A stretch of DNA of 64,000 bases from Anthoceros angustus (GCA_010909165.1 VJWM01000221.1:237530-301529), one strand, 5' to 3'; counted from the first letter of the stretch, positions 46,201 to 57,500 are shown. Notes: generated by a model not told the origin, from the sequence alone. Program-made: numbers and translations.

Positions 46201-46326
46201 AGAAGAAGCTTAACACGCTTGTGCTGCCATATTCATACAATAATGGACTTACCCTTCAGTCAAGGAGGAATCCCTTCTGGTTCTCGACTGGCCCTTCCTA
46301 ACTCATCCATGTTCTTGGACCCATAA
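43252..46326 (+). CDS. PLS-class PPR protein (PPR4) with E domain and WW-type PG box, no DYW
   Basis: 1024-aa ORF of P-L-S triplets with KEPGRSWWMD. The true start is uncertain. The C-terminus after VVGDQ is probably frameshifted, with an alternative stop at 46151-46153. Confidence 0.88.
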   Translation: MPPITLLSGHRNARVLSGQRKRSRYHYAVYTMLSVVPGYETDHGWPLIMKGSLENASGTSHWMIGGTKNVVGPIRAGRGSVLSDLHQQGEDSWAVLISGYAKSGQARQALEIYEEMRQDGVEAKPHTLVDLLKACTSLLDLKRVKRIHADVVRSGLEADLYVCTMLVNTYAKCGSVENARRVFEEMPHRDVVSWNAMIMGYSQMGKSEEALKLYTRMQQDGVVPTDRTYVGALKACSNIAESREENGGDVTIVRERCLETVRAIHGAVQKGKFESNVFVGNMLVDAYCKCGSLEDAKLVFERMPARSVVSWTAMIFGYAQMEQGEEALKLYRRMREEDVVPDDRAYVSALKACSSIAELWENNGNDGLLRRQCLETVRSIHTDIRRGKLELNVFVGNMLVDAYAKCGSLQDARQVFEKMPHRDVVSWNALILGYSHTDEAEEAEEALQLYTRMRQEGAIPNNRTYVGALKACIVIAGSGNGVVKEKCMETLTAIHADLGKEKSALDKFVGTMLVDAYAKCGSLANARWVFDKMPHRDVVVWTAMILGCAQMEKGEEALQLFNQMQKEAVIPNERTYLGALMACSSIAEREDTDGTVRTLVKQKCLRTVKAIHTDVERAGFESNRFLGNMLVDAYSKCGSLQDARRVFEKMPQRDVVSWNSMILGYAQMEKGEEALHLFTQMKQEGVIPNDRTYVAALNACGSVAGLEKGKEIHAQILKAGLDAGSFMSNSLIDMYGKCSSMVDARQLFELMPVKDIVAWNSLIGGYARQGESEAVFELFDRMRQEGVEPNEITFVGVLIVCSHVGLVDRGQQYFEAMSKEFGLTPTIQHYNCMVDLLGRAGQVYKAMETVMMMPVQCDSAVWKCVLGACQKWANVELGRQAFECATRLNASDAAPYLLMSNIYAAAHMPEEASKVQAMRVNSRARKEPGRSWWMDMCGNAHVFVVGDQISSNQPRHVCSVGTTSVEVEEEEMRVAKFSSCYRRRRSLTRLCCHIHTIMDLPFSQGGIPSGSRLALPNSSMFLDP

Positions 46327-46438
46327 CGTGTTTCATTTTTTCATTGTCATTGTTTATATCAAAAGTAGATGCCGAGATTCTTATTTGATGCAATCAATAC
46401 CTATATCTGCAATATTAGAATTGGTATTTAATAATGCT

Positions 46439-46490
46439 AAAAATGGTTCATATCTCCAATTCCTTTGACAAGGAATTTGGAGATATGAAC
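46439..46490 (-). terminator. 20-bp-stem hairpin (46446-46490) followed on the minus strand by TTTTT (46439-46443), directly 3' of the tRNA-like element
   Basis: GTTCATATCTCCAATTCCTT-TGAC-AAGGAATTTGGAGATATGAAC (one bulged base). The A5 run on the plus strand is T5 on the minus strand. Confidence 0.65.
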
Positions 46491-46492
46491 AT

Positions 46493-46564
46493 TGTGGCTG
46501 CTGGGAGTTGAGCCCAGACTATCACGGTTGCAACCAAGAATTCTTACCATTAAACTACAGCCAC
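46493..46564 (-). tRNA. tRNA-His-derived tRNA-like element; anticodon position reads GCA and the anticodon stem is broken (probable non-decoding or pseudo-tRNA)
   Basis: The minus strand reads GTGGCTGTAGTTTAATGGTAAGAATTCTTGGTTGCAACCGTGATAGTCTGGGCTCAACTCCCAGCAGCCACA. It has a perfect acceptor stem (GTGGCTG/CAGCCAC) and T stem (CTGGG/CCCAG), with a backbone matching plant cytosolic tRNA-His(GTG) as recalled. Confidence 0.8.
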
Positions 46565-47574
46565 TTATATATAAATATTGCAGACTCAACAAATTACTAT
46601 GTGTTAAACTACTAGGTGAGCTGCTTCAGTAAGTAGGTATAGGTGTAGGTGTTGGCGTGTTGGGTATCAAGTCCATGAGAAGAAAAATTCCTTCCAAGTG
46701 GAAGGAATGTACTTCTTCTTCTTCTGAAAATTAATGATTCTCACTGAGTATGATATAATTATATGGTTTAAGATTGGATATATATATGTATACTTCATAT
46801 ATATGAGATAAAAATTATAATTTCTAAAAGACCATCTTATGGTATTTTCTTAGATGAGATATGGAAATTTTAATTGTGAATTAATTTTATGAGTGAGACA
46901 TGAATTTTTAAAATCGTGAATCGTCCTTGAGGCTTGATTCCCCTCCGCTTGCCGTGGTGCATTGCTTCTGAGTCCATGCATCCTGTGATTCTTGGTAATC
47001 TAGGTCGAATCGCGATGACTCGCACGGCCAGTGACGGCCTTACCTTGATGCAACAGGCAGACCCTCACAAGTTGTCAATCTCAGCGATACAGCCTAATAA
47101 CGTTACACAACACGGTCATGGCAACAGAGGGCAGCGAGCCAGCAGCAGAGGTTTGCTGGAATGGTGCGGTGGTGACAGTCACGAGAGTGGCGTGCACACC
47201 TAGAGGCTTGTTGTACGCACTGGAGCAAATCATGGCACAAGCACACCACTTGTTGGTGGATGACGACTGGCTGTTGTGGAGAAGCAGAACGAAGGCAGGT
47301 GATTTGAGAAGGACCGCATCGCATCGTCATGTGTAAGCGGGACGCAGGAATAATGCAGGACTGGTACAAACTTTAGGGTTTCCAGACTGGATTGTGAGGC
47401 TCGTGTTAGAGTCCGGCTTGCCCTGTCGGGCGCCAGGATGAACAGGTTCAACGAACGAACGAACGCAGGCGGCAGTGACCCGAGGTGCAACCAGGCCTGT
47501 AAAGCCCTAGTCACAGATGCAACCAGGCTGGGAACGCCGCAACCTCATTGGCCTCACAGGATTACCGTCAGTGC

Positions 47575-47617
47575 ATGAACCTAGCCACGCCGGGATGGTG
47601 GAAGACAACGTATATAC
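47575..47617 (+). promoter_or_regulatory. LHCII gene proximal promoter: TATA box (47611-47616) and ATGAACCT, an EIL/SLIM1-type AYGWAYCT match (47575-47582)
   Basis: Motifs read directly from the sequence. Short motif, so low specificity. Confidence 0.4.
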
Positions 47618-47710
47618 AGGCGTCCAAGTGTGCCTTCCTGCAGCAGCTGACTTGTCTCGTCTTGCTCACTCCAAGCTACACCTCCCGTAGTGCTACCAGC
47701 GGCAGCAGCC

Positions 47711-49038
47711 ATGACGGCCGTTTCCGCCTCCATTAGCAGCTCCACCTTCGCCGGCCAGTCCGTGCTCAAGGGCGTTAGCGAGCTTTCCAGGAAGGTTAAT
47801 GGCGGCAAGGCCGTCGAGTCAAGGATTACTATGAGGAGGACAGCCAGCTCCAAGCCCGACAGCATCTGGTAGCCGTGATTTCTTGCCCCTCAATTTGCTG
47901 CAGCTGTGCAAGATTATGTAGTCTTTCGATGCAATGCAGAGCAACGCATTTGCCCTGTTCATTCATTCTAAGAGCTAGTTGCCTCCGCGCAATGGATTCT
48001 CTACTTTGTTTGCATTCATTCGACATTTCCAAGTGCTTGTTTGCCACCGTGCAGTAGATTTTCCCCTCTTCTTGCTCTGGTTAAAGTTTTCTAAGTGCTG
48101 ATTGCCTAGGCCTCCGCGCACTGGATTCTCTCTTTTCCTTCGACCGTTCTAAGTGTCTGTAGCCGGTTGCACTCTGCAATGAGTTTCCTCCTTGGCTGCG
48201 TTAGACTCTATTCCATTCAAGTGCTGTTCTCCTCAGTGAGCTGCATCTGTCATCCCTCTCAGCTGGAATTTTGGATGCAAGCGTCCAGACTCTATTCATT
48301 CTTGGATGCATCGAGCTGGATTTGAGAGCAAGCTTATTCCCGGATGCAATGTGATCTAAATCAAGAAACACGGATTGTGCTTGCAGGTACGGCCCAGACA
48401 GGCCCAAGTACTTGGGCCCGTTCTCTGGCGAGCCCCCGAGCTATCTGAAGGGAGAGTTCCCCGGCGACTACGGCTGGGACACTGCCGGTCTGTCGGCTGA
48501 CCCCGAGACCTTCGCCAGGAACAGGGAGCTGGAGGTGATCCACTCCCGCTGGGCCCTTTTGGGAACACTGGGAATCGTGACCCCTGAGATTCTGGCGCTC
48601 AACGGGGTGCCGATCCAGGAGCCGGTGTGGTTCAAGGCAGGCGCTGTCATCTTCTCCGAGGAGGGGCTCAACTACCTGGGCAACCCGGCTTTGATTCACG
48701 CGCAGAGCATTCTGGCGGTGCTGGCTGCCCAGGTGATTCTCATCGGCGCCGTGGAGGGTTACCGCATTGCAGGCGGCCCCTTGGGCGAGGTGACCGACCC
48801 TCTCTACCCCGGAGGCGCCTTCGACCCTCTGGGCCTGGCCGACGACCCCGATGTCTTCGCCGAGCTGAAGGTGAAGGAGATCAAGAACGGCAGGCTGGCG
48901 CAGTTCTCTGCTTTCGGATTCTTTGTGCAGGCCATTGTGACTGGCAAGGGCCCCATCGAAAACCTGCTTGACCACCTTGCCGACCCCGCCAACAACAATG
49001 CTTGGGCCTATGCTACCAAGTTCGTGCCCGGGAACTAG
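47711..49038 (+). CDS. LHCB2: Major light-harvesting chlorophyll a/b-binding protein (LHCII, Lhcb2-type), 2 exons, 269 aa; mature protein lacks Met and Cys
   Basis: Exons 47711-47868 and 48387-49038. Transit peptide, then [49 protein letters not shown] and [13 protein letters not shown]. The single intron falls in the SIW codon, as in Lhcb2-type genes. Subtype assignment is tentative. Confidence 0.93.
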
Positions 49039-49654
49039 AGTGTTCCGTCCACAGACTGTAGGCGGGCGTCTGGCTTCTACTCAACTCGATGGAAGCAAGC
49101 ATCTTGTGAATCACGACTTGTCCGCCCTTCTGATTTCAGGACAGAGCGTGTAGTTTAGCCTTCTGTACAGTATCTCTCGACAGTTGAGTAATGTACCAGA
49201 TCTGGTTGTGGTTTGAATCATCAAGGTAACTCACACTTGAAAAGCTGTGACGCATCCACACAACATTTCTAGCAACTGTTCGTCCACGTCTTGTGCATCC
49301 ATTTCGTGTTCTCAAGCTTCCGCAACAGTCGCGTCCCACGTTGGAAAGTTTCCGAAATTTCAGACAACATGTTACTCTACACAATATTATTAAGTTGACA
49401 ACTTGTCGTAAACTTTTCCAGGTCAGAAACGGGGTTCAGGCTTTCCTGTTTACAGTTCAGGAATAGAAACATTATGACTGAAGTGAAATCAGATCATACG
49501 AACTCACAGAGTAATGGGTGCCCTTTACTTACAAAACTATCTTTCACAAATGTTATGGATGAAGCACTATTTTCTGGAGCACTATTTAAAGCACACGATG
49601 GAGTGAACTGTGGGATCTATGGTGATTCTATCCCTTCACCTGGTCCAAGAGCTT

Positions 49655-50380
49655 TACCTGATGACATCGCCAAGTTTTACAAAGGCAATAAGATTGCATT
49701 TGCCATCTTATTCTTTGGTATGGATGAAGCCACGGTGACTGACGTTGAGTTCCTTCCTACAACATCAGATGTCTAGACACAGTTGAAAGAAACTTATCAA
49801 GTTCATAACATCCTCACACTAGTTGCTATGTGGAAACGAATACTATGGGCTGAGAATGAAGGGAGAGGACAACATTGCAGCTCACATAAGCAAGTTTTGC
49901 TATCTGAAGGCAAGGTAAGCCATGGTGGCAAGCAAGCTCGAAGACATTGATGTTGTTGCTTAGCTCCTCTGTAGTCTTCCACCTTTCTATCAGCAGTTCG
50001 TTTCCAATTAGAACTCTTCCTTGCGAGCATCTTATGATTAAATCGAGAAAAACACCAACTCGACCCTTAATGAGCTCATTGGAACCCTACTTCAAGAGGA
50101 GCATAGTACTCATTCTAGTGGCATCGGAAGGGTGCGCCGAGAAGGTTCTCGTTGCATCAAAGGGAAAAGCGTTTGGATAGGGAAGAGAGAAGGGAAGAAG
50201 AAGAAAAATCAAGAAGAAGAAGAGAAGAAGAAGAAGAAAAATCAAAAGCCACAAAAGAGTTATGAAAGGGTGTTTGAAGCAAACTCGACCTTCCCAAGTC
50301 GAAATAATGTGGAGAGTGCGCAAAAAGCAAAGCGCCGACGCAATTGTCAATGTCTAGCAATGAAGCTTCGCGTGATAGTC
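49655..50380 (+). mobile_element. Degenerate Ty1/copia gag (UBN2-like) remnant, copy 1
   Basis: Frameshifted translation KIAFAIL..DVWTQLKETY..MKEGE..LLCSLPPFYQQFVS..TLNELIGTLLQEE, followed by an (AAG)n Lys/Glu tract. Confidence 0.7.
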
Positions 50381-50951
50381 AAGCTTAATATTACCGTGAC
50401 CATAAATTATAGATAGAACAAAGGGTCTCGCGTTAGAACTCACAAGATAGGAAGGTACAAAAAGGGACCGTCACGCTTCACAATATACAAAACCTTAAAG
50501 ATCTCATATTATTTCATATATAAAACTACCAATTTATTTTACTATCCAGTTGATTTTATTTTTCCAAAATGAACCCACATGATCCAGATTTTTCCTTTTT
50601 AGTGAGACTTGGAGTGACCATAAATATAGAGAATGCATACTATATATGTGTGTTGAGAATATAAATAAAGGACATACTATATATGTGTGCTATACTAGGC
50701 TATATTTATGAATGCAAGTCGATATACATTGACGTTTTAAGCTTGCAAGTTTTACAAGTTCCTTTGATGTCTTAAGACCATGTGCCAAAGCCATAGCGGT
50801 TGTATTAAGCACCACTGTGCGCCAAAGGCATAGATCGTCAAGCTCCCTCTCTTGTAGTATCCAAGAGAAGCAAAGAGCACCTTGAGGAGGCTGCACATGC
50901 TTACCTTCTTTTCATAATCTTATTTAGTGTTTTATCTACCTTTGATTCAAG

Positions 50952-52184
50952 ATGGAAGGCAACCATAGGGAAGATGTATTGGTGAGTGAAATTGATAACC
51001 AATCCGGCGTGGAGTGGAGTGAGACTTATGAAGAAGCCACATATGAACAACCATGGAGTGCATCTTATGAAGAAACCACGGATGACCAACCATGGAGTGA
51101 TGAACAACCATGGAGTGCAACCTATAAAGAAACCACGGATGACCAACCATGGAGTGATGAACAACCATGGGATGCAACTAATGAAGAAGCTACCCATGGA
51201 GAACCATGGCACGAAACTCGTGAAGAAGCCACCAATGGACAACCGTGGAGTGATGCGCAAGCCTCAAGACAATGACGCATGGGAAGAAGCTTATGTGCAA
51301 GATGATGAAGACAACTTTGCACATGTAACTTATGAAGGTCGATGGCCATCGCATTCCACGTATCGTCTATGCAATCTTATTACGGAAATTTGCATGATGC
51401 AAAGGTTGAGGCATTAAGGATGGACAAGTGGCTCCTAGCCTACATCCATGGCGACAAAACGGAGTTCCCATATTTTGGAGAGTGGGAAAAATCCACTAAT
51501 GAAATTTTGAAGGATCTCAGAAACGATCTTTCCTTCTTTGGGAAGTCTCGGCCGGTACCATAGAGATTTTAAAAGTGAAAACCTTTTATAACATAGCTGA
51601 AAACACTTGCTGCATACTTGTGATTGACCCACTTCGGGAAAAATTGAAACAATTTGATGCAAGTGACATCGGTTCGGACGCATTGAGCAATGGGCCATTC
51701 ACTTACAAACAACCTTTCACAACAGATGTTATGGATGAAGCACTACCTTTGGGAGCACTATTTGAAGAACACGATGAAGTGGAACCACAGGATCCTCCAG
51801 GAGTTATCGTCACACGTCCACTACAATACTAGTTATCCTTGGTTTGAAGTAACGCATCTTCCGACGAGCGAGGAAGACAATGCGAGGACAACTTGTCAAG
51901 TTGCATTTCGTTCTTTGGATGGCCAAAGAGTTCAACGCTTTTTGTTGTCCGATCCTTCATCACATTTATGGTTGTTTTGTTTGAAGCAAGTGCAAATGAA
52001 GTGGTTGTTTCACAAATCCAATGAGGAGTTTTATTTTAGTACTCCAAGTAGAGATGGTGTTGCAAGCATCTATGCCTTAGATGCACTCTCCTCAAAAACC
52101 ATAGGAGAAGCCGGTGTAGCAAATTGTGTGCTCACCATGAAATACAAAAAGGAACACCATCAATCAATTGCACTTATTTTGTGA
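50952..52184 (+). pseudogene. Intronless, frameshifted UAS+UBX (PUX7/UBXN7-like) gene with an N-terminal acidic Trp-Ser repeat
   Basis: WSxxxxEExTxxQP and WSDEQP repeats; YYGNLHDAK..DKWLL (UAS-like); TCQVAFRSLDGQRVQRFLLSDP..LWLFC..TIGEAGVANCVLTM (UBX-like). Confidence 0.6.
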
Positions 52185-53114
52185 TATCTTTGTTAGAAGT
52201 AGGGGAATTAGTTTAACCTACCAGTGATTACTTTTTAATATTTAGGTTAATCGTGACGGTCATTACAACACCGCGTTACATGTATTTAAGATAATTTTGT
52301 CATCGATTTTAATTAATTTCATCTTGCTTTGTTGTGCAATTTTGCTTAGAGCTTCCGCTCATAAATTAATATGGTATGAGAGCACTAGGTGCTCAATGTA
52401 TGGATGTTGTGGTAGCTTCATGATATTCTACTTGCATTTCAAACCTATAGCATCCTTGGACCACATGGCCGCTAGGGCGCATTCCTCCGCTGATAATTCA
52501 AATGTGACTAGCTACCATTTACTGATGGCGGAGGGCAGTGCCGCGTTGATGTGAAATTTTGGTCCACCGGTGTTGTTGACCATCTTAGAACACAGTGAGC
52601 TTGATCAACTCCTACAAAGCGGATGTTCAAGCAACAACTTGAACTAAGGAGCCGAGGAGATCGTACCAATGCAAATCACAATCCACGAATTGCTCTTGTT
52701 CTTCTCCCGTGAATGTCCTTGCAATCATGGTATAGCAGCCCATGATCGAAGCTTGAGAGAATCAAAGATTGGAATCATCTAGCAATCTCGTCGGACAAGC
52801 TCAATTCAGTCGAGGATTTGATGATGAGGGTCTCCAATCGTGTAAAGAATTACCTAGAGTCGGAAGACTCAAGAAATTCAAGCTACGATTGATGAATTGA
52901 CGATTTCCTTTGAGCACTTCATCAAGCCTTGGACAACTTGCAGCAAAATCAGCAAGGGACCCAATCTCAACAATGTACTGCCCCTCATGCCCTCTCATAA
53001 TCGGCATGCATGGGTGTAGCTTTGTAGAATCTTGCAGTTGTGGCGCTTCCGGCCGGGATTACAACAATTTTGTTGGACATTTACAATTGCAGCATATTGC
53101 TGGGTGAAGGTGCC

Positions 53115-53515
53115 ATGGGATCTTGTGGCGGTTGGTGAAAGATGCCACTGGGCGGTGCCCTAATTGTTATTTTCTAAGCGGCACCTATTCACAACCCTTG
53201 AGTTCTCCTTTCTTTAGAAACCCTAAAAATAACAATGAAACGTTATTAGTTAATGTGGAAGGATGTTAGTTAGTGCCCTTCACATCACTATAGCTTTTGC
53301 AACTTCACCTCTAGGCACATGGGATCTTGTGGCGGTTGGTGAAAAGATGCCACCGGATGGTGCCCTAATTGTTATTTTCTAGGCACCTATTCACAACCCT
53401 TGAGTTATCCTTTCTTCATAACACTAAAAATAACAATGAAACGTTATAGTTAATGTGGAAGGATGTTAGTTAGTGCCTTCACATCACTATAGCTTTTGCA
53501 ACTTCATGGGCACAT
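53115..53515 (+). repeat. ~200-bp tandem repeat x2 upstream of the gag remnant
   Basis: catgggatcttgtggcggttggtgaaa...gcttttgcaacttca occurs twice. Confidence 0.85.
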
Positions 53516-53689
53516 GGTATTTCTAGTTTGGTCACATGCATCGCTATTAGTGGCTTATCTTCCTGATATAGATGGGGATGAGGATACGAAGGCAAAATTT
53601 CTAAAATCCCTCTCAACTAACTTTCCAGCCTACATTCCCCCAGTGCCCGTGGTTATTTCTAACATGACTACCCAAGTCACGGATCCTAT

Positions 53690-54549
53690 GGTGGGGCTTT
53701 ACGGAAAAAGACATATTTGATGGCAAATCAGCCGTATGAGAGTTGGAGGCTAGAATGAAGGGTTTTCTAGATGCTACACATGTCCGGGAATTTGTAGATG
53801 GTTCTATCCTCCACCGCCCAAGAGCTTTCTGGGATGACATCGCCAAGTTTTACAAAGGCAATAAGATTGCATTTGCCATCCTACTCTTTGGTATGGATGA
53901 AGCCACGGTGGTGAGGTTGAGTTCCTTCATCTGACAAATGTATGGACATAGTTGAAAGAAACTTATCAAGTTCATAACATCCTCACACTAGTTGCTACCG
54001 GAAAGCGAATACTAGTGAGAATGAAGGAGGGACAACATTGCAGCTCACATAAGCAAGTTTTGCTATCTCAAGGCAAGGTTAGCCATGGTGGCAAGCAAGC
54101 TCAAGACATTGATGTTGTTGCTTAGCTCCTCCGTAGTCTTCCACCTTTCTATCGTCGTTTCCAATTAGAACTCTTCCTTGCGAGCATCTGTTCGCATTCG
54201 TCGAGAAAAACACCAACTCTGACCCTTAATGAGCTCATTGGAACCCTACTTCAAGAGGAGCATAGTACTCATTCTAGTGGCATCGGAAGGGTGCACACTA
54301 AGAAGGTTCTCATTGCATCAAAGGGAAAAGCGTTTGGATAGGGAAGAGAGAAGGGGAAGAAGAAGAAAAATCAAGAAGAAGACGAAGAAGAAGAAGAAGA
54401 AGAAGAAAAATCAAAAAGCCACAAAAAGATTTATGAAAGGGTGTTTGAAGCAAACTCGACCTTCCCAAGTCGAAATAATGTGGAGAGTGCGCAAAAAAGC
54501 AAAGCAGCGCTTCTGACCGCAATTGTCAATGTCTAGCGAATGAAGCTTC
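53690..54549 (+). mobile_element. Degenerate Ty1/copia gag remnant, copy 2 (more complete; its unit continues at 60819 after the nested insertion)
   Basis: FDGK..ELEARMKGFLDA..EFVDGS (DUF4219-like). 53845-54549 matches 49690-50380, and the sequence after 60818 matches 50382 onward. Confidence 0.75.
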
Positions 54550-54554
54550 CACGT

Positions 54555-57500
54555 TGATCGGTTTGTAAGCTGATAAGCGTACAAGATAAACTTTCATCAA
54601 ATAAAGAATGAATACAAAAATGTGTTTGTAATGTGCCTTTTATACTTGACTTAATAACGCTTCACTTAACCCTAACTAGCATTGCTTAACTATAGGTTTG
54701 GTTTGTATCCAACACTCCCTCTAAAGCACCTATTAGGTAAGTGATGTATGCATAACGGAGGTTCACATTGCTCGGATCACCCTTAGCGTTCCTTGTCAAT
54801 TTTCGCGCTGCTCCGGTAAAACCCGAACCCTCGAACGGGGCATTCGCTACCATAGTCTTGCTTATGCATCATCTTCCTTGGCCTCCCACCACGTCTTGAC
54901 CACCACGCTCGCTCGCCTCAACGCCATGAGGACTCGCGGTGGAAGAGACACCGATGGCGTGAGGCCATGTGTGCGTGAGAACGTGGCAAGGAGAAGGAGG
55001 CAGCACCAGGAACAAGGGCTAGCGTTGCGGGACCAGAATGGGTCGCCTGCAACTTAGGAGGAACTTGTCGAGATTAAATAGCTTCCGGTGGTAGGGACAT
55101 ACCAGGCGGAGCTTTGGCGGAAGGACCCCAGACAGCCATTTCCGCTTCTCGAATCGCAGCTCCCTTGCGGCTAAGTTGAGGGCTGCCACGAGCAGATTGT
55201 GGAGCTCGAGTCACGGCATTTCTTTGGGATCCGTTACTGTGATGAGCCGCAAGATGTGAAACCTTGTAAGAGCCCGGCCGGGATGATTTAATCCTAAGGT
55301 TAGCTTCATCCATCCGTCATCCTTGTGAGTGTGCATACGCTGTAAGTGACCTAACGTGTATCCTAGACTCCCTCTGATGAGCTTGCTGTGTGCAGTTACG
55401 TGTGCAGGCAGGTGAACTGCTAGACACTCCACACCACACCTAGGGAACTTCAGGGTTCCCGCCCCCTCCCACCAGATAAGTCCTATGACCCATCCTTGAA
55501 GTAGGCAGAGTAATCGGCTAACCCAAGACCCTCAAGATGCTGATAGTGCTTGTGTTTTGGCAAGCCCTTTGTGAGGATGTCACGCCACGTTGTCCTCTGT
55601 ATGGACGTAGTCCACTTTAACCACACCTCTCTCGACCACATCAGCGTGGTGATCTGAATTTCAATATGTTTAGTACGTGCATGAAATCTAGGATTTGCCA
55701 CTAATGCAGTGACATATTGTCACAATGTAACTTTGTAGGTGCCATCTTCTGGTCAAGGTCCTTGAGGAAGCTGCGCTCCCACTCTCCTTCAAGCATCTGT
55801 AAGTGATTTGTACTCCCTCTGTGGAGGAGAGTGCTATGGATGTTTGCTTTTACAAGACCCGGTTGGCGAAGAGAGGAAGAAGCGAGGTTGAGAGACTCTT
55901 TCTGGAATCACTATCGGATGCCCAGTCAGCGTCCGTGAATCCTTCCAGGGTAAGCATTTTACAGCCACTGCTTCTGTAGAATAAGCCTATCATATGTGTT
56001 CCTTTCAAATATCTGAACACACGCTTGATCGCAACTGATGGGCTTTTCAGTCGCTCGAAGCGTGAGACGGTGCTAACGGCATATTGGATATCTGGCCTGG
56101 TCCAGTTTGCAACAAATATGAGACTGCCCACAGCGTGCCTATAGGGAATAGCAGACATGTCTTTGATCTCTCCCTCTGACTGCGGACACTACTCACTGGT
56201 AAGCTTCATTCCTGTCGCATATGGAGTGGACGCAGGCCTGGCTTGATCCATTTTAAACTTACGCAGGATTTCTCCTATGTACTTGTGTTGATGGATTATT
56301 AGAGACCTTCTGTCGACCCTAAATGTCATATTCCAGTGATCGAGCTCCCGATATCCTTCATGTCATATCGGGTCCTCGATATCCTTAACGCCACTTGACC
56401 CTTATTGTTGCGAAATTACGTCGTCCACGTACAAGGCCGAACAAAATCAGCACCTCGACTAAGGCGATATCGTTGGAGTGCGTGCTTTGAACAAAACCAA
56501 TCTCAAGTAAGTAAATGTGAATGGTAATATACCATACCCTTCCACTTTGTTTTAGCCATATATGCATTTCGTGAGTTTTAGGACTTTGCCAGATAACGCT
56601 TGTCCCGGTATCCTCAGTCGCATCATATAAATCTCTTCATCAAGTGCTCGTGAGGAAGGTGTACACGTCCATTTCTTTGTAGATCCAAGTCAAGCTCGGC
56701 CCCAAAGCAAGTATGATCCTAATGGATCGTGCACAGCGAGAAGGTCTCGTAATCCAAGCCTTCAACTGTGAAGCCTCTTGCTACAAGTCTAGCTTTGTAT
56801 CTAGCAATTTCCCCTTTGCATTTAATTTTAGCTTGAACACCCACTTACAAGATATCGGCTTTCTCCTTGTGGCGGATCCGTGAGGACCCAAGTCTCGTTT
56901 TAATAAGAGATTGATATTCGCCTCGATGGCCACCTTCCACTTGAGACTGTCGGGGCATGAGATGGCCTCTTTGTAGGAGCGAGGCTCAAGAGCCGGTAAA
57001 ATGTCGACCATAGCTCCAAAAGTCCTCCAGTCAATAGAGGCATATGGAGGCTCCTTCCATCCCTCAGGAGGAGGTCTGTGCCTAGTGGAATGGCGAAGTT
57101 CAGGTTCGGGTTCTGCCACATGCTCAAGTTGCGCAAGTTCGGGAGGAGCTGGACGGTCAGGCAAGTCAATATCATCCGCTGCATGTTCAGCTGGGACAAC
57201 ATTGTCAGAATTTTCACTATGGCTATCATCTGACTCTGATGCGTCTTCCCCCCCTGATGCGAGATCCTCTGGAGCGGCAGGAGCCATGGGTGGCACAGCA
57301 GGTACAGCAGGAGGCTCAGCATCATCTTGGGGATACGAGGACATCAGTCGCCGTCCACGGTTCGAACTCCTTCGAGCGGAAGAGCGTCAAGAGGGGATGC
57401 GAGCAGTTGGGACGGCTCGATAAAAGTAACACTACGGGCAAGGGTATCAGAGGAGCATCATATAACTTATAAGCCTTGGGTGTTCACATCCAGAAAGAGG

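Noticed and set aside
50986-51417. Alternative-frame ORFs with MNNHG/MKKP repeats, and their antisense
   Set aside because: Other readings of the same 39/18-bp repeat. The acidic Trp-Ser frame has the ATG at 50952 and leads towards the UAS-like region.
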